Below are positions 1 to 12,441 of a stretch of 64,000 bases of DNA, in pieces. The stretch spans positions 106,084,001-106,148,000 of the forward strand of contig NC_086097.1 in the NCBI RefSeq assembly GCF_963921235.1, written 5' to 3'. The position numbers were made by a program, and so were the translations under genes. Position 1 is the first letter of the stretch. Each line of letters opens with the position of its first letter. Under the pieces are notes generated by a model. It was not told the origin of the DNA and searched no databases. It saw only the letters and a program-made list of their open reading frames with translations. The DNA is from Mobula hypostoma. Lineage: Eukaryota.

Positions 1-39
1 TGATATTAATCATTTTAATTTCCTGACTTGCTATTACCC

Positions 40-600
40 CCTGTTATTTCCCACACACGTTTGGTGTTCCTTACTGTGAAGTTAAATGTACAATACATTT
101 TAAATGTTCCTAATATTCCCTTATTGACACCATAATTCCTCCTGTCTCAGCTTCCAGGGAATCCAAAATGACCTTCATTACTTCCTTTTCACTTATTTGC
201 AGATTATCTGCAGTTATATTTCTTACTAGCTTATGATAATGATTTCCACTTTTCATCATTGTTAGATCTTCATTTGCTCCTCATCTTCAAGCCTTTTGAT
301 CATTAAAATCCTCAGTTTTCCATTGGATAATCAATATTTTTTGTAAGTCATGATGGAATACCTTCCTTGTAAAGCTTTTATTTCTCAGCGGAACATAATT
401 TTGTTGAGAATTTTCAAACATTTTTTAGATGTATACCATTCCTCAACTACCCTAATTTCCCATTCCATCCTTGTCCTTCACCTGCATATACTTGGCTTAA
501 TTTAAGTTTAACGCTCTAAACTCCCACAATTCTGACTCAATTATCATTCCAAACATCACTTCATTGTGCTTTCATCTACCAAGGTCCTACTCTGTAGAAA
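40..600 (-). mobile_element. Old, highly degraded CR1 LINE fragment
   Basis: Weak colinear similarity by eye to the CR1 ORF2 linker region at 2400-2670; no ORF. Confidence 0.4.
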
Positions 601-656
601 TCCCATTTTCCATTTGAAAAACTCACTGCATATGCTGAAAATCTGAAACACAGAAA

Positions 657-2674
657 CATAGAAAATAGGTGCAGGAGTAGGCCATTTGGCCCTTCGAGCC
701 TGCACCGCCATTTATTATGATCATGGCTGATCATCCAACTCAGAACCCTGCACCAGCCTTCCCTTCATACCCCCTGATCCCCGTATCCACAAGGGCCATA
801 TCTAACTCCCTCTTAAATATAGCCAATGAACTGGCCTCAACTGTTTCCTGTGGCAGAGAATTCCACAGATTCACCACTCTCTGTGTGAAGACGTTTTTCC
901 TAATCTCGGTCCTAAAAGCCCTTATCCTCAAACTGCGACCCCTCGTTCTGGACTTCCCCAACATCAGGAACAATCCCCCTGCATCTAGCCTGTCCAATCC
1001 CTTTAGAATTTTATACGTTTCAATAAGATCCCCCCCTCAATCTTCTAAATTCCAACGAGTATAAGCCTAGTTCATCCAGTCTTTCATCATATGAAAGTCC
1101 TGCCATCCCAGGAATCAATCTGGTGAACTTTCTTTGTACTCCCTCTATGGCAAGGATGTCTTTCCTCAGATTAGGGGACCAAAACTGCACACAATACTCC
1201 AGGTGTGGTCTCACCAAGGCCTTGTACAACTGCAGTAGTACCTCCCTGCTCCTGTACTCGAATCCTCTCGCTATAAATGCCAGCATACCATTCGCCTTTT
1301 TCACTGCCTGCTGTACCTGCATGCCCACTTTCAATGACTGGTGTATAATGACACCCAGGTCTCGTTGCACCTCCCCTTTTCCTAATCGGCCACCATTCAG
1401 ATAATAATCTGTTTTCCTATTTTTGCCACCAAAGTGGATAACTTCACATTTATCCACATTAAATTGCATCTGCCATGAATTTGCCCACTCACCCAACCTA
1501 TCCAAGTCACCCTGCATCCTCTTAGCATCCTCCTCACAGCTAACACTGCCGCCCAGCTTCGTGTCATCCGCAAACTTGGAGATGCTGCATTTAATTCCCT
1601 CATCCAAGTCATTAATATATATTGTAAACAACTGGGGTCCCAGCACTGAGCCTTGCGGTACCCCACTAGTCACTGCCTGCCATTCTGAAAAGGTCCCGTT
1701 TATTCCCACTCTTTGCTTCCTGTCTGCTAACCAATTCTCTATCCACATCAATACCTTACCCCCAATACCGTGTGCTTTAAGTTTGCACACTAATCTCCTG
1801 TGTGGGACCTTGTCAAAAGCCTTTTGAAAATTCAAATATACTACATCCACTGGTTCTCCCCTATCCATTCTACTAGTTACAACCTTAAAAAATTCTATGA
1901 GATTCGTCAGACATGATTTTCCTTTCACAATTCCATGCTGACTGTGTCCGATGATTTCACCGCTTTCCAAATGTGCTGTTATCACATCTTTGATAACTGA
2001 CTCCAGCAGTTTCCCCACCACCGACGTTAGGCTAACCAATCTATAATTCCCCGATTTCTCTCTCTCCCTCCTTTTTTAAAAAGTGGGGTTACATTAGCCA
2101 CCCTCCAATCCTCAGGAACTAGACCAGAATCTAACGAGTTTTGAAAAATTATCACTAATGCATCCACTATTTCTTGGGCTACTTCCTTAAGCACTCTGGG
2201 ATGCAGACCATCTGGCCCTGGGGATTTATCTGCCTTTAATCCCTTCAATTTACCTAACACCACTTCCCTACTAACATGTATTTCGCTCAGTTCCTCCATC
2301 TCACTGGACCCTCTGTCCCCTACTATTTCTGGAAGATTATTTATGTCCTCCTTAGTGAAGGCAGAACCAAAGTAATTATTCAATTGGTCTGCCATGTCCT
2401 TGCTCCCCATAATCAATTCACCTGTTTCTGTCTGTAGGGGACCTACATTTGTCTTTACCAGTCTTTTCCTTTTTACATATCTATAAAAGCTTTTACAGTC
2501 AGTTTTTATGTTCCCTGCCAGTTTTCTCTCATAATCTTTTTTCCCCTTCCTAATTAAGACCTTTGTCCTCCTCTGCTGAACTCTGAATTTCTCCCAGTCC
2601 TCAGGTGAGCCACTTTTTCTGGCTAATTTGTATGCTTCTTCTTTGGAATTGATACTATCCCTAATTTCTCTTGT
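657..2674 (-). mobile_element. 5'-truncated young CR1 LINE (RT domain, frameshifted) inserted into an old Penelope-like terminal repeat
   Basis: ORFs 2027-2737, 1020-2039 and 740-997 contain [19 protein letters not shown] and LVRPHLEY. 3' tail TTTTCTATGTTTCT; TSD-like CAGAAA at 651-656 and 2675-2680. Confidence 0.95.
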
Positions 2675-3483
2675 CAGAAATTGTTGGAAAAATCTAGCCG
2701 GCCAGTTAGCATCTATGGAAAGACAAACAGTTAGCATTTCAGGTCTGTATCCCTACCGTTGACTTTGACCTTTCCAGCATTTTCCATTTGTTCCTGTTTC
2801 GAGTTTCTTGTCTGGCTATCTCTTTTGCCTCCTTTAAGATGCTTTGATTTTAATAAAAAGCCTATAGTATTTCCTTGACCAAGGCTTTTCACAAATTCCT
2901 GAACAATTTTTGAAGTACTGGAGTTCCGAAAAAGTTTATTTCAGTGGTAACACTGCTCTGAAGTGCCTCTTTAACCAAAGTTTAGATCAGTTGTTGTAAT
3001 TGCAGTATTAATATTTTCATATATATTAATTTTCCAATGGTGTCTTAGTCTGACTATGTTATGAAGGTAATTGCTGCTGCTGTTGTTGGTCATACATGAA
3101 CCTTAGTTAGGTGGTTTAACTTCCTCACTGGAATTGTAAATAGCAACTTCCCACATTCCCACTGCCAGAGCAAGAGCTCATCTTTGCTTCCTCCTCCTCC
3201 TCATTTTTTTGCCATCAGGAATTACATCAGATGAAAATCTCCACCAAACTCTATAATGTGAGATGCCATGCTGGCTCAAACCATTGCATCCTGTGGCAGC
3301 CACCACTTTATTCCTTGTGCTCTTTGACTCTCATTCCAAAGCAGGGGTCATGTGTTTGTCATTTCCTTATAGGGTGAACAGCCAAGCATTTCAGTGATAT
3401 GTCTGCCAGTAGCCAAGTGGTTTATTCCAGCTGAATAGTTATGATAGGCAGGCTCCAGAAAACAGAGTCATGAAGATTCCCCA

Positions 3484-3742
3484 GTAGAACATACAATAGA
3501 GAACAGTACTGCTCAGGAACAAGCCCTTTAGCACACAATGTTGTGCTGAACCAGCTAAAAAGTAAATTAACAAAAACTTATCCCTCCTACCTGCACAATG
3601 TCCTTATCCCTCCATTTTCCTCATAATCATCTGCCTATCTAAACATCTCTTAAAAGTCTCTAATGTATTTGCCTCTATCACCATACCAGGCACCACTCTC
3701 TGAGTAAAATACTTCACCCTCACCTCCCCCTTTGAACCTACT
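3484..3742 (-). mobile_element. CR1 3'-end fragment
   Basis: FTQRVV-like coding remnant plus a CR1 3' UTR ending in TTCTATTGTATGTTCTA. Confidence 0.65.
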
Positions 3743-3799
3743 TTGCACCAGACAGTGGCAGTTAACAGCTTCTCTGTAGTTTACTATGTGGCCTATTTA

Positions 3800-4842
3800 G
3801 GCTATGTCCACACTATGCTGGATAATTTTGAAAACACCGGTTTCGACTAAAAACGACAAGCGTATACACTAAGTGTTTTTCAAAATATCTCTGTCCACAC
3901 TAACACGGATATTTGGGCGAATCTCCTCTAATGGGCACGCGCAGGACACACAGAAAACAAGCGAAGAGGAAATGATATACTTAGTGCGTGTTTGTCCAGT
4001 TATGGAGTAGAAAAACTTCAAAGGAATTGTTCTTGGCTCTCACGCAGGAGGACTTAAAACTAAAAAAAACAAATACTAGAGCGTATGGAGGCGACCGACA
4101 GGGAATTCACGGACAGTATGACCCGGCTGAGGACGAACATTGAAAAACTGACTAATTCTGTTTAATTAATAAAGCACCTCGTTAAATGTATAAAACATGT
4201 CTGCATCAGTGTTATCTTGTATTTCCATACAATGTTACATTAGGGTGTTACACATCTATTGTCAGAGAAGTACTTGCATAAATAGATAAACCACCTTCAT
4301 ACAAGCAAGGACAGAAAACAGGGCAAACTTATTTATTCAGTAAGCTATGAGTCAAAGTATTTGGTGAGTACATTTCTAACTCTTTTGGCTTCAGTCTCAT
4401 TGCCGTCTGTTCTGAAATTGTTAGGTTGTGTGGGGGTTGCGTTCAAGAAAACAACGAAATGCCGCACTGTGGCCATCTGTTCTGACACGTCATGACAGCG
4501 TTTTTAAATAGTCAAAAAAGCTCAGTTTACATTTTAACCTTCATGCCGCTCACACCGACTGCGTGTTATATCAGCCGTCCGGCAGTGCTTGCGCAGAACT
4601 AAGCAGAAACAGAAAAAGCATTGTTGTTGTGGTGTTGTCATGACAGCGTTTTTAAATCTCTCTGTTTACCCCATACACACTACAACAGATATTAGGCGTT
4701 TTCAGATTTATTCACTCTGGAGACTGTTTCTGAAAATCTCCGTTTTCGGGGGATGAAAACGTCGCTTTAGTGTGGACGGAGGGTCAAAACGAAGAGAAAA
4801 AGCTTTGTTTTCAAAATTATCTGGCGTAGTGCGGACGTAGCC
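3800..4842. mobile_element. Non-autonomous PIF/Harbinger-type DNA transposon (1043 bp)
   Basis: 36-bp terminal inverted repeats GGCTAYGTCCRCACTAYGCYRGATAATTTTGAAAAC (31/36 identical) and a 3-bp TTA target-site duplication (3797-3799, 4843-4845). No transposase ORF. Confidence 0.88.
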
Positions 4843-5929
4843 TTAGATCCAGGCCAAATGCCACAGGGTCTCTTCCTTCAACAAAGCCAAGACACGTTGG
4901 TCTTATCTGCATGCAGCTGTCATGTGCACTACTATCTCAAGCAGAGGCACACACATCACAACCCACCCCCACAAGAAACAAATTGTTTTCAAAATTAATG
5001 GGAATGTGGGAATACTAATACCTTAATTTTATTCTTGAAGAGCAAAGAAATAAAACATGCCTCATTGCATTTTCTAGCATTGCATGTTTTATCAACACAA
5101 CAATGTACTTCATAACTCTGATCATTGGTTATCAAGATATTTAACAACAGGACACAAAATTCTTGTCACAATATTTTTAAGTTTACAAAATTTGACTTTA
5201 CAAAATGTTTTCCATGTTAGCATTACTTTTGTAAATCAAGGAACAGCTGTATTCTTGCACTTGCCGTATCAGAATTCCAGCATGGGCATAATCAATGCAT
5301 CTGATTTTCTGCACTAAAATTGACTGAAAAATTGACTTAAGGGCACAAGACACTCCTCAGTAATTTTCCGCAATTGCTGCAGGCATCAGGAAAAAGCCTG
5401 TGTTTCATGTGGCCCATCCATTATGTGGACCAGAGGTGAAACCTTTGTTTCTACTTCTTCATTGTTGAACTGGCATGAAAGGAACCCTCTTTTTGCCTCA
5501 GGAAACGATTGGGTTATGAAAGTCATTTGAAAGCAAAAGCACATTTTCCCTTTATTTTTCAAGATGTGACATTTCTTTATCCCGTTTCCTGATACCTACC
5601 CTTGTATATCCACTCAATGGATATACCTTCCCTCATTCTGCACTCCTGCCATACCAGGACAGTGGAGAAAATTACAGCAATTGTTGGCATCATTGGAATA
5701 AGAGGATTAAACAGGGTGCTGTTCAAAAATGTACCAAATCGATGTCTGTGAATCATTCTGGGCCTGGTTGCAAAAAGGGGACCTGTAACATGTCACCTCT
5801 TTTCCCTCTTGGATATGGTTCCTGGTTTGTAGATCCATCCCACAGTAGGCTTGGAGAAAGGGCCGGGGGAGGGGAGGGGGGTACATGGAGACCACAAACA
5901 GTGTGGATGCTTCCTTCTTGCTGACAGTC

Positions 5930-6200
5930 TACACAGGTGCCCCTCAGGGATGTGTGCTCAACCCACTGCTCTGTTCTCTCTACACATCACTGGGTACACC
6001 ATGCTGAGGTCACCACTGTTGTTGACAGAATCTCGGGTGTTGACAAGGAGCTGCACAGGAGTGAGACAGATCAGTTGGTTAAGTGGTGTCACAACAACAT
6101 TGTAAGCAAGACATTGTTATCATGTAATGCATTGCACTGCTGTTGCAAAATTAACAAATTTCATGACATATACCAGTGATATTAAACCTATATTCTGACT
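5930..6200 (+). mobile_element. Rex1/Babar-type LINE remnant, internally deleted
   Basis: Degenerate PLLFSL and SETDQLVKWCHNN RT motifs, followed directly by a 3' tail (aaatttcatgacatataccagtgatattaaacc). Confidence 0.55.
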
Positions 6201-6444
6201 TGATCAATGGAGATTGAGGCCATGGAGTTGACGGCTGCTGGAACCTGTTTAGGTGTGTGGCTGTGCTAATTTAACTGTTGCATGCTTCTTTCACTGCTTG
6301 TGCCTGGCCCTCTCAACATTCTTGGTGACTTTCTAAATGCCTCCCTAGTGGTTTGAGTGGCATTGGATTTGGAATTCCCATTAGGTAAAACTACTACATG
6401 GTAACTCACACCCCCAGATCCCAACTCTAAACTGATATTCCAGA

Positions 6445-9400
6445 GTAGGGAACCAATATCCTGGCAGGAAAGTTTAATAGAGCTGTTAGGGAGGGTTTAA
6501 ACTAATTTGGCAGGGGGATGGGAACCGGAATGACAGAGCGGAGGAAGGGGAAAACAGAAATAAATCTAAGATAGTGAGCAGTAAAGATGTCAGGAAAGAC
6601 AGGCAGGTGATGGGGCAAATTTGTAGCCATTGGGATGAGTTGCAGTGCAATAAAGTTGCAGTGAAATCAAAGCGAAAAGTACCAAATACTGGTCTTAAGG
6701 TGTTATACTTAAATGCACACAGCATAGGGAATAATAAGGTGGATGATCTTGTCGTACAGCTACAGATTGGCAGGTATGATATTGCGGCCATCACTGAGAC
6801 CTGGCTAAAGGATATATGTCTCTGGGAGCTGAACGTCCAAGGATACACGATGTATTGGAAGGATAGGAAGGTAGGCAGAGGGGGAGGCATGGCTTTCTTG
6901 GTAAGAAATGATATTAAATCATTAGAAAGAGGTGATATAGGATCGGAGGGTGCAGAATCTTTATGGGTTGAGCTAAGAAATTGCAAGGGTAAAAGGACCC
7001 TGATGGCAGTTATTTATAGGCCTCCGAACAGCTGCAGGGACTACAAATTACAACAGGAAATAGAAAAGGCTTGTCAGAAGGGTAGTGTTATGATAACTGT
7101 GGGGGATTTTAACATGCGAGTGGATTGGGAAAATCAGGTCAGCACTCAAGAAAGAGAATTTGTAGAATGTCTGCTAGATGGCTTTTTAGAACAGCTTGTT
7201 GTTGAGCCCACTAGGGGATCGGCTGTTCTGGATTGGGTATTGTGTAATGAACCGGAGGTGATTAGAGAGATGGAGGTGAAGGAACACTTAGGAGGCAGTG
7301 ATCATAACATGATTGAGTTCACTGTGACATTTGAAAAAGAGAAGCCGAAATGTGATGTGTCGGTATTTCAGTGGATTAAAGGATATTACATTGGCATGAG
7401 AGAGGAACTGGCCAAAGTTGACTGGAAAGGGACACTGGTGGGAAAGACAGCAGAGCAGCAGTTTCTGGAGTTTATGCGAGAAGTGAGGAAGGTGCAAGAC
7501 GGGTATATTCCAGAAAAGAAGAAATTTTCGAATGGAAGAAGGATGCAACCTTTTGATAAGAGAAGTCAAAGCCAAAGTTAAAGCAAAGGAGAGGGCATAC
7601 AAGGAAGCAAAAATTAGTGGGAAGACAGAGGATTGGGAAGTTTTTAAAACTTTACAAAAGGAAACTAAGACGGTCATTAAGAGAGAAAAGATTAACTATG
7701 AAAGAAATAATAGCAATAATATCCAGTATATAAAGAGTGAAAGACAGGTGAGAGTACATATAGGACCGATAGAAAATGATGCTGGAGAAATTGTAATGGG
7801 AGATAAGGAGATGGCAGAGGAACTGAATGAGTATTTTGCAACAGTCTTTACTGAGGAAGACATCAGCAGTATACCGGACACTCAAGGGTGGCAGGGAAGA
7901 GAAGTGTGCGCAGTCACAATTACGACAGAGAAAGTACTCAGGAAGCTGAATAGTCTAAAGGTAGATAAATCACCCGGACCAGATGGAATGCACCTGTGTG
8001 TTCTGAAGGAAGTAGCTGTGCAGATGATTCTGGCATGGTTCCGGAGGACTGGAAGATTGCAAATGTCACTCCGCTATTTAAGAAGGGGGCAAGGAAGCAA
8101 AAAGGAAATTATAGACCTGTTAGCTTGACACCGATGGTTGGGAAGTTGTTGGAGTCGATTGTCAAGGATGAGGTTACAGAGCACCTGGAGGCATTTGACA
8201 AGATAGGCAGAACTCAGCATGGATTCCTTAAAGGAAAATCCTGCCTGACAAACCTATTACAATTTTTTGAGGAAATTACCAGTAGGCTAGACAAGGGAGA
8301 TGCAGTGGATGTTTTATATTTGGATTTTCAGAAGGCCTTTGACAAGGTGCCACACATGAGGCTACTTAACAAGATAAGAGCCCATGGAATTATGGGAAAG
8401 TTACATATGTGGATAGAGCGTTGGCTGACTGGTAGGAAACAGAGAGCGGGAATAAAGGGATCCTATTCTGGTTGGCTGCCTTTTACCAGTGGTGTTCCAC
8501 AGGGGTCTGTGTTGGGGCCGCTTCTTTTTACATTGTACATCAATGATTTGGATTATGGAATAGATGGCTTTGTGGCTAAGTTTGCTGATGATACGAAGAT
8601 AGGTGGAGGGGCCGGTAGTGCTGAGGAAACAGAGAGTCTGCAGAGAGACTTGGATAGATTGGAAGAGTGGGCAAAGAAGTGGCAAATGAAGTACAATGTT
8701 GGAAAGTGTATGGTTATGCACTTTGGCAGAAGTAATAAACGGGCAGGCTATTATTTAAATGGGGAAAGAATCCAAAGTTCTGAGATGCAACGGGACTTGG
8801 GAGTCCTTGTACAGGATACCCTTAAGGTTAACCTCCAGGTTGAGTTGGTATTGAAGAAGGTGAATGCAATGTTGGCATTCATTTCTAGAGGAATAGAGTA
8901 TAGGAGCAGGGATGTGATGTTGAGGCTCTATAAGGCGCTGGTGAGACCTCACTTGGAGTACTGTGGGCAGTTTTGGTCTTCTTATTTAAGAAAGGATGTG
9001 CTGATGTTGGAGAGGGTACAGAGAAGATTCACTGGAATGATTTCAGGAATGAGAGGGTTAACATATGAGGAACGTTTGTCCGCTCTTGAACTGTATTCCT
9101 TGAAATTTAGAAGAATGAGGGGAGACCTTATAGAAACATTTCGAATGTTGAAAGGCATGGACAGAGTGGATGTGGCAAAGTTGTTTCCCATGATGGGGGA
9201 GTCTAGTACGAGAGGGCATGACTTAAGGATTGAAGGGCGCCCATTCAGAACAGAAATGTGAAGAAATTTTTTTAGCCAGAGGGTGGTGAATCTATGGAAT
9301 TTGTTACCACGGGCAGCAGTGGAGGCCAAGTCATTGGGTGTATTTAAGGCAGAGATTGATAGGTATCTGACTAGCCAGGGCATCAAAGGCTATGGTGAAA

Positions 9401-9507
9401 AGGTGGGGGAATGGGACTAAATGGGAGAATGTATCAGCTCATGATAAAATGGCGGAGCAGACTCGATAGGCCGAATGGCCGACTTCTGCTCCTTTGTCTT
9501 ATGGTCT
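6445..9507 (+). mobile_element. Near full-length ORF2 CR1 LINE (end of ORF1, APE endonuclease, RT), with frameshifts and stops
   Basis: YLNAHS/ITETWL/YRPP/GDFN/SDH APE motifs (6574-7581) and RT motifs [16 protein letters not shown] (7996-9261). 3' tail TCTTATGGTCT. Confidence 0.95.
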
Positions 9508-9858
9508 AGTACATAAAGTTTCCTCACATAAGATGGTGTCTGTTGCTGTCACTTCCTTACTCCTGTATTGCCCAGTCAAAAATGCTTGGTGAAATGGAAC
9601 TGAAAGAAAGGCAGATATAGGATTATAGAGAGAAGCAAGTAAACTGTGCATGCCTACATCATTTGCAGCTCAGAAGAAACTGTGCTGAAGAATGTAGGGG
9701 CTCAGAAAATACAGACTAGCAAAGAGCCATGCGGCTTCTTAAACGGTCTTGAATCTCTTGCGTTCACTCCAATAATGGCCACCAAAGGCTTCTCAGAAAG
9801 TTAGACTCACAATTTCTCCACAGCTATTGTGGTGCTCTTGGCATCAATTTTGTGGAGG

Positions 9859-10160
9859 GGCAGGGTAGTGTAGTGGTTAGCATGATGCTATTACAGCTTG
9901 GGGAGTTTCAGAGTTCAGAGTTCAATTCCAGCACCGTTCTGTAAGGAGTCTCTGTCTGTCCTCCCCATGGAACTTGGGGGGTTTCTCTGTGTCCTCCAGT
10001 TTCTCCCACAGTCCAAAGACATGCCGGGTCGGTTAATTGGTCATTGTAAGTTGTCCCGTGATTAGGTTCAGAGTAACTAGGATTATGAGGTAGTTGGGAC
10101 AGTGTGGCTCGAAGGGCCAGAAGGGCCTACTCCACACTGTGTCACCAAACAAACAAATAA
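9859..10160 (+). mobile_element. tRNA-derived V-SINE (HE1-like)
   Basis: A-box-like GTAGTGTAGTGG, B-box-like GAGTTCAATTCC, V-domain core CCAGTTTCTCCCACAGTCCAAAGAC, CR1-like tail ending (AAAY)n. Confidence 0.8.
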
Positions 10161-10564
10161 GTAAAGTATGTTATCAGATTTGTAAAATGATTGGGCTATT
10201 TAACATCAAATGTAACTAACTGGAATGTGAGCATATTGTTCTGAGGCTCAGAGTACTATCACAGCAGGTGAAAGTAATCTTACTGAATTTGTACAAGGTC
10301 AGGAAACTTCTTACTGACACTATACCCACATCCTAAAGGCTTGATTGTTGCTTGGCTATGTATATTGGCCGATATATACTGAGCTATGTATACTTAGCTC
10401 TGTGAAGTCCGATAAGACCTCCAGAGGCAAATCAAAAGAGTCACAGAATCTATTAAATTCCAGAGTTTGGGGGAATGAGATCAACCAATTTCTCCAGCCA
10501 ATAGCACCTTCTCTTTAAGAGGTGCAAGTTTTTTATCCCAACTAATTTTGTGCTGGTAAGGTTG

Positions 10565-10799
10565 TGTCCTTGAGCAAGGCACTTAATCACACATTGCTCT
10601 GCGACGACACTGGTGCCAAGCTGTATGGGTCCTAATGCCCTTCCCTTGGACAACATTGGTGTCGTGGAGAGGGGAGACTTGCAGCATGGGCAGCTGCTGG
10701 TCTTCCATACAACCTTGCCCAGGCCTGCGCCTTGGAGAGTGAAGACTTTCCAGGCGCAGATCCATGGTCTCGCAAGACTAACGTGTGCCTAGAAGATGG
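10565..10799 (+). mobile_element. 5'-truncated CORE-type SINE with RTE-derived 3' tail
   Basis: CORE-like TGTCCTTGAGCAAGGCACTTAA; last ~40 bp match the RTE LINE end at 30878-30918; candidate TSD AAGGTTG at 10558-10564 and 10800-10806. Confidence 0.7.
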
Positions 10800-11419
10800 A
10801 AGGTTGGATCCCACAGGTGTATGCTAACTCAAACAATGAAGCTAGCACTGTTTGTTGAGTGAGTGTTGTCTAAGCCTCATAGTAGGTTAAACAGGCATGG
10901 ATTTCCAACAAACTCCAACATCAAAAGATTTATTTATTTCCTTTATCCTGTGAAATTTTTGAAGATTTATCTTCTACAAGGGAGATAACATCTTTCTCAT
11001 TATTTATTTTGGATAGGATAGTAGTAATCCTTGCAGCAACACTAAACATAGCTGAAAAATATTGTAATTCGTTTGTCTTTTTTACTTCAATATTTTTTTG
11101 TATCAGTTGAAAATCAACTTGTTGACTGTAAATGTTCATCGGGGCCACAAATATAGACTAGCCGTGCACTGCTTGACATGAGATAATGACAGTGACAGAA
11201 CAGGATCTACAACTTTTACCTCAGCACAGCCAAATAATCATATCCTATCATCAGGGAAACTGCCCAGTGTCTGCATCATATTTCATAACACTTCAAAAGA
11301 AACTTGCTGGGTGTTGGAAAGAGAATTTCCAATCTCAGCTCTTGCAAATCAATCTTGGAGATGGTTACCACGTGCTGATTAAAAATGTCACCTCATAAGC
11401 AACAAAAATGCAATCTTAG

Positions 11420-12441
11420 TTTTCTTGCTTTATGGAATTTTTATTCCATACATATACATGCATAGTAACAACATTGTTGAGAAATAATTTCTATCAGAAG
11501 TAGAACAATATTCATTTTATCACCAGTTGCAGCATTGGTACTCTTATTCAGATTTCATTGCCCCAAAATGATTTTTGTAATAGCAACTGCAACTATTAAT
11601 TATAGTTCCAATAAAATACAGCAGAAAGGTTTCAACCACTGTTCAATACTGCTTCCAGTAACGTTGTTCATATTAAATTTTGCATTTTACAGCAAATGTT
11701 TCAAAAGTGAGACAAAAGCGTCAGCAAAAGAAAATACAGTACAGATACAAGAATGTTAACAACTTCAATAAAACATACATACCTCAGTTTAAGAAAGTAG
11801 ATAGGAACAAACTGCTACATATTTTTCATCTTAAGCAAAGCCTACTGATTACTGTATATGCTGTTATATAAGCTGCAATTTAGGACTGAAAATGTTATAT
11901 TAAATATCAAATTAAATTTGAATACCTCTTTAGTAGTTCTTTAAGTCCTTCATATATTCTGGGGTTTGCAGTCTCAAAATAAAACAACTTATATCCTGGC
12001 ACATACAGGAAAATTGCAACAAATACAGGGATATTCGAATACACAAGTGCTTTACCTCACCAGTTTACCTACAAATGCTGTCTCTATGTATGTGACTCAT
12101 ACTCTCTCTACAGTGCACAAGAATAACTATACAATGTTCAAAACAATTTCAGTATAAACTTCAAATAAAATTGAAATTTAACTACAGCTATGAATACTGC
12201 TTGGAAAATAAATTAATTCCGGTGAAAATAGTACTGGCATTTCACATTAATATCAAGACTTATGAACTGCATTATGAAATGACAGACTAGCCTCAACCTA
12301 TTGAACTAAACAGCCATCCCTTGATTGTCCTGGTGTAAATTGTTCTGATGTAAATCAAGCAGCAGTTTTTAAATTCTTTTCACATTTTTATACAAAGTGT
12401 GCATGACCAACACTATACTACAAACAAGTGCAGTGCAGCTT
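11420..12441 (-). other. ZFPM2: Probable ZFPM2 3' UTR
   Basis: AT-rich, repeat-free kilobase directly after the stop codon, ending near a polyadenylation signal. The 3' end is inferred. Confidence 0.7.
11440..11445 (-). promoter_or_regulatory. Candidate polyadenylation signal AATAAA
   Basis: Minus strand reads TGTATATGTATGG-AATAAA, with upstream TGTA elements and a T/GT-rich tract about 30-45 nt downstream. Confidence 0.65.

Noticed and set aside
1030..1036. Same +1 frameshift in a G7 run in two CR1 copies (also 37490-37496), suggesting programmed frameshifting
   Set aside because: The closest sister copy (55016-55021) has G6; homopolymer slippage or sequencing error is the simpler explanation.
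1123..1827. Recurrent antisense ORFs in CR1 copies (also 36699-37583 and 55108-55389)
   Set aside because: They recur only because the CR1 copies are near-identical; opposite-strand shadows of RT.
6445..9507. Any retroelement as currently autonomous or domesticated
   Set aside because: Every CR1, Gypsy, RTE, Rex1 and PLE copy here is truncated or has stops or frameshifts.
9859..9935. tRNA-like A/B boxes as tRNA genes
   Set aside because: No cloverleaf, and they continue into the V-SINE core and tail, so they are SINE heads.
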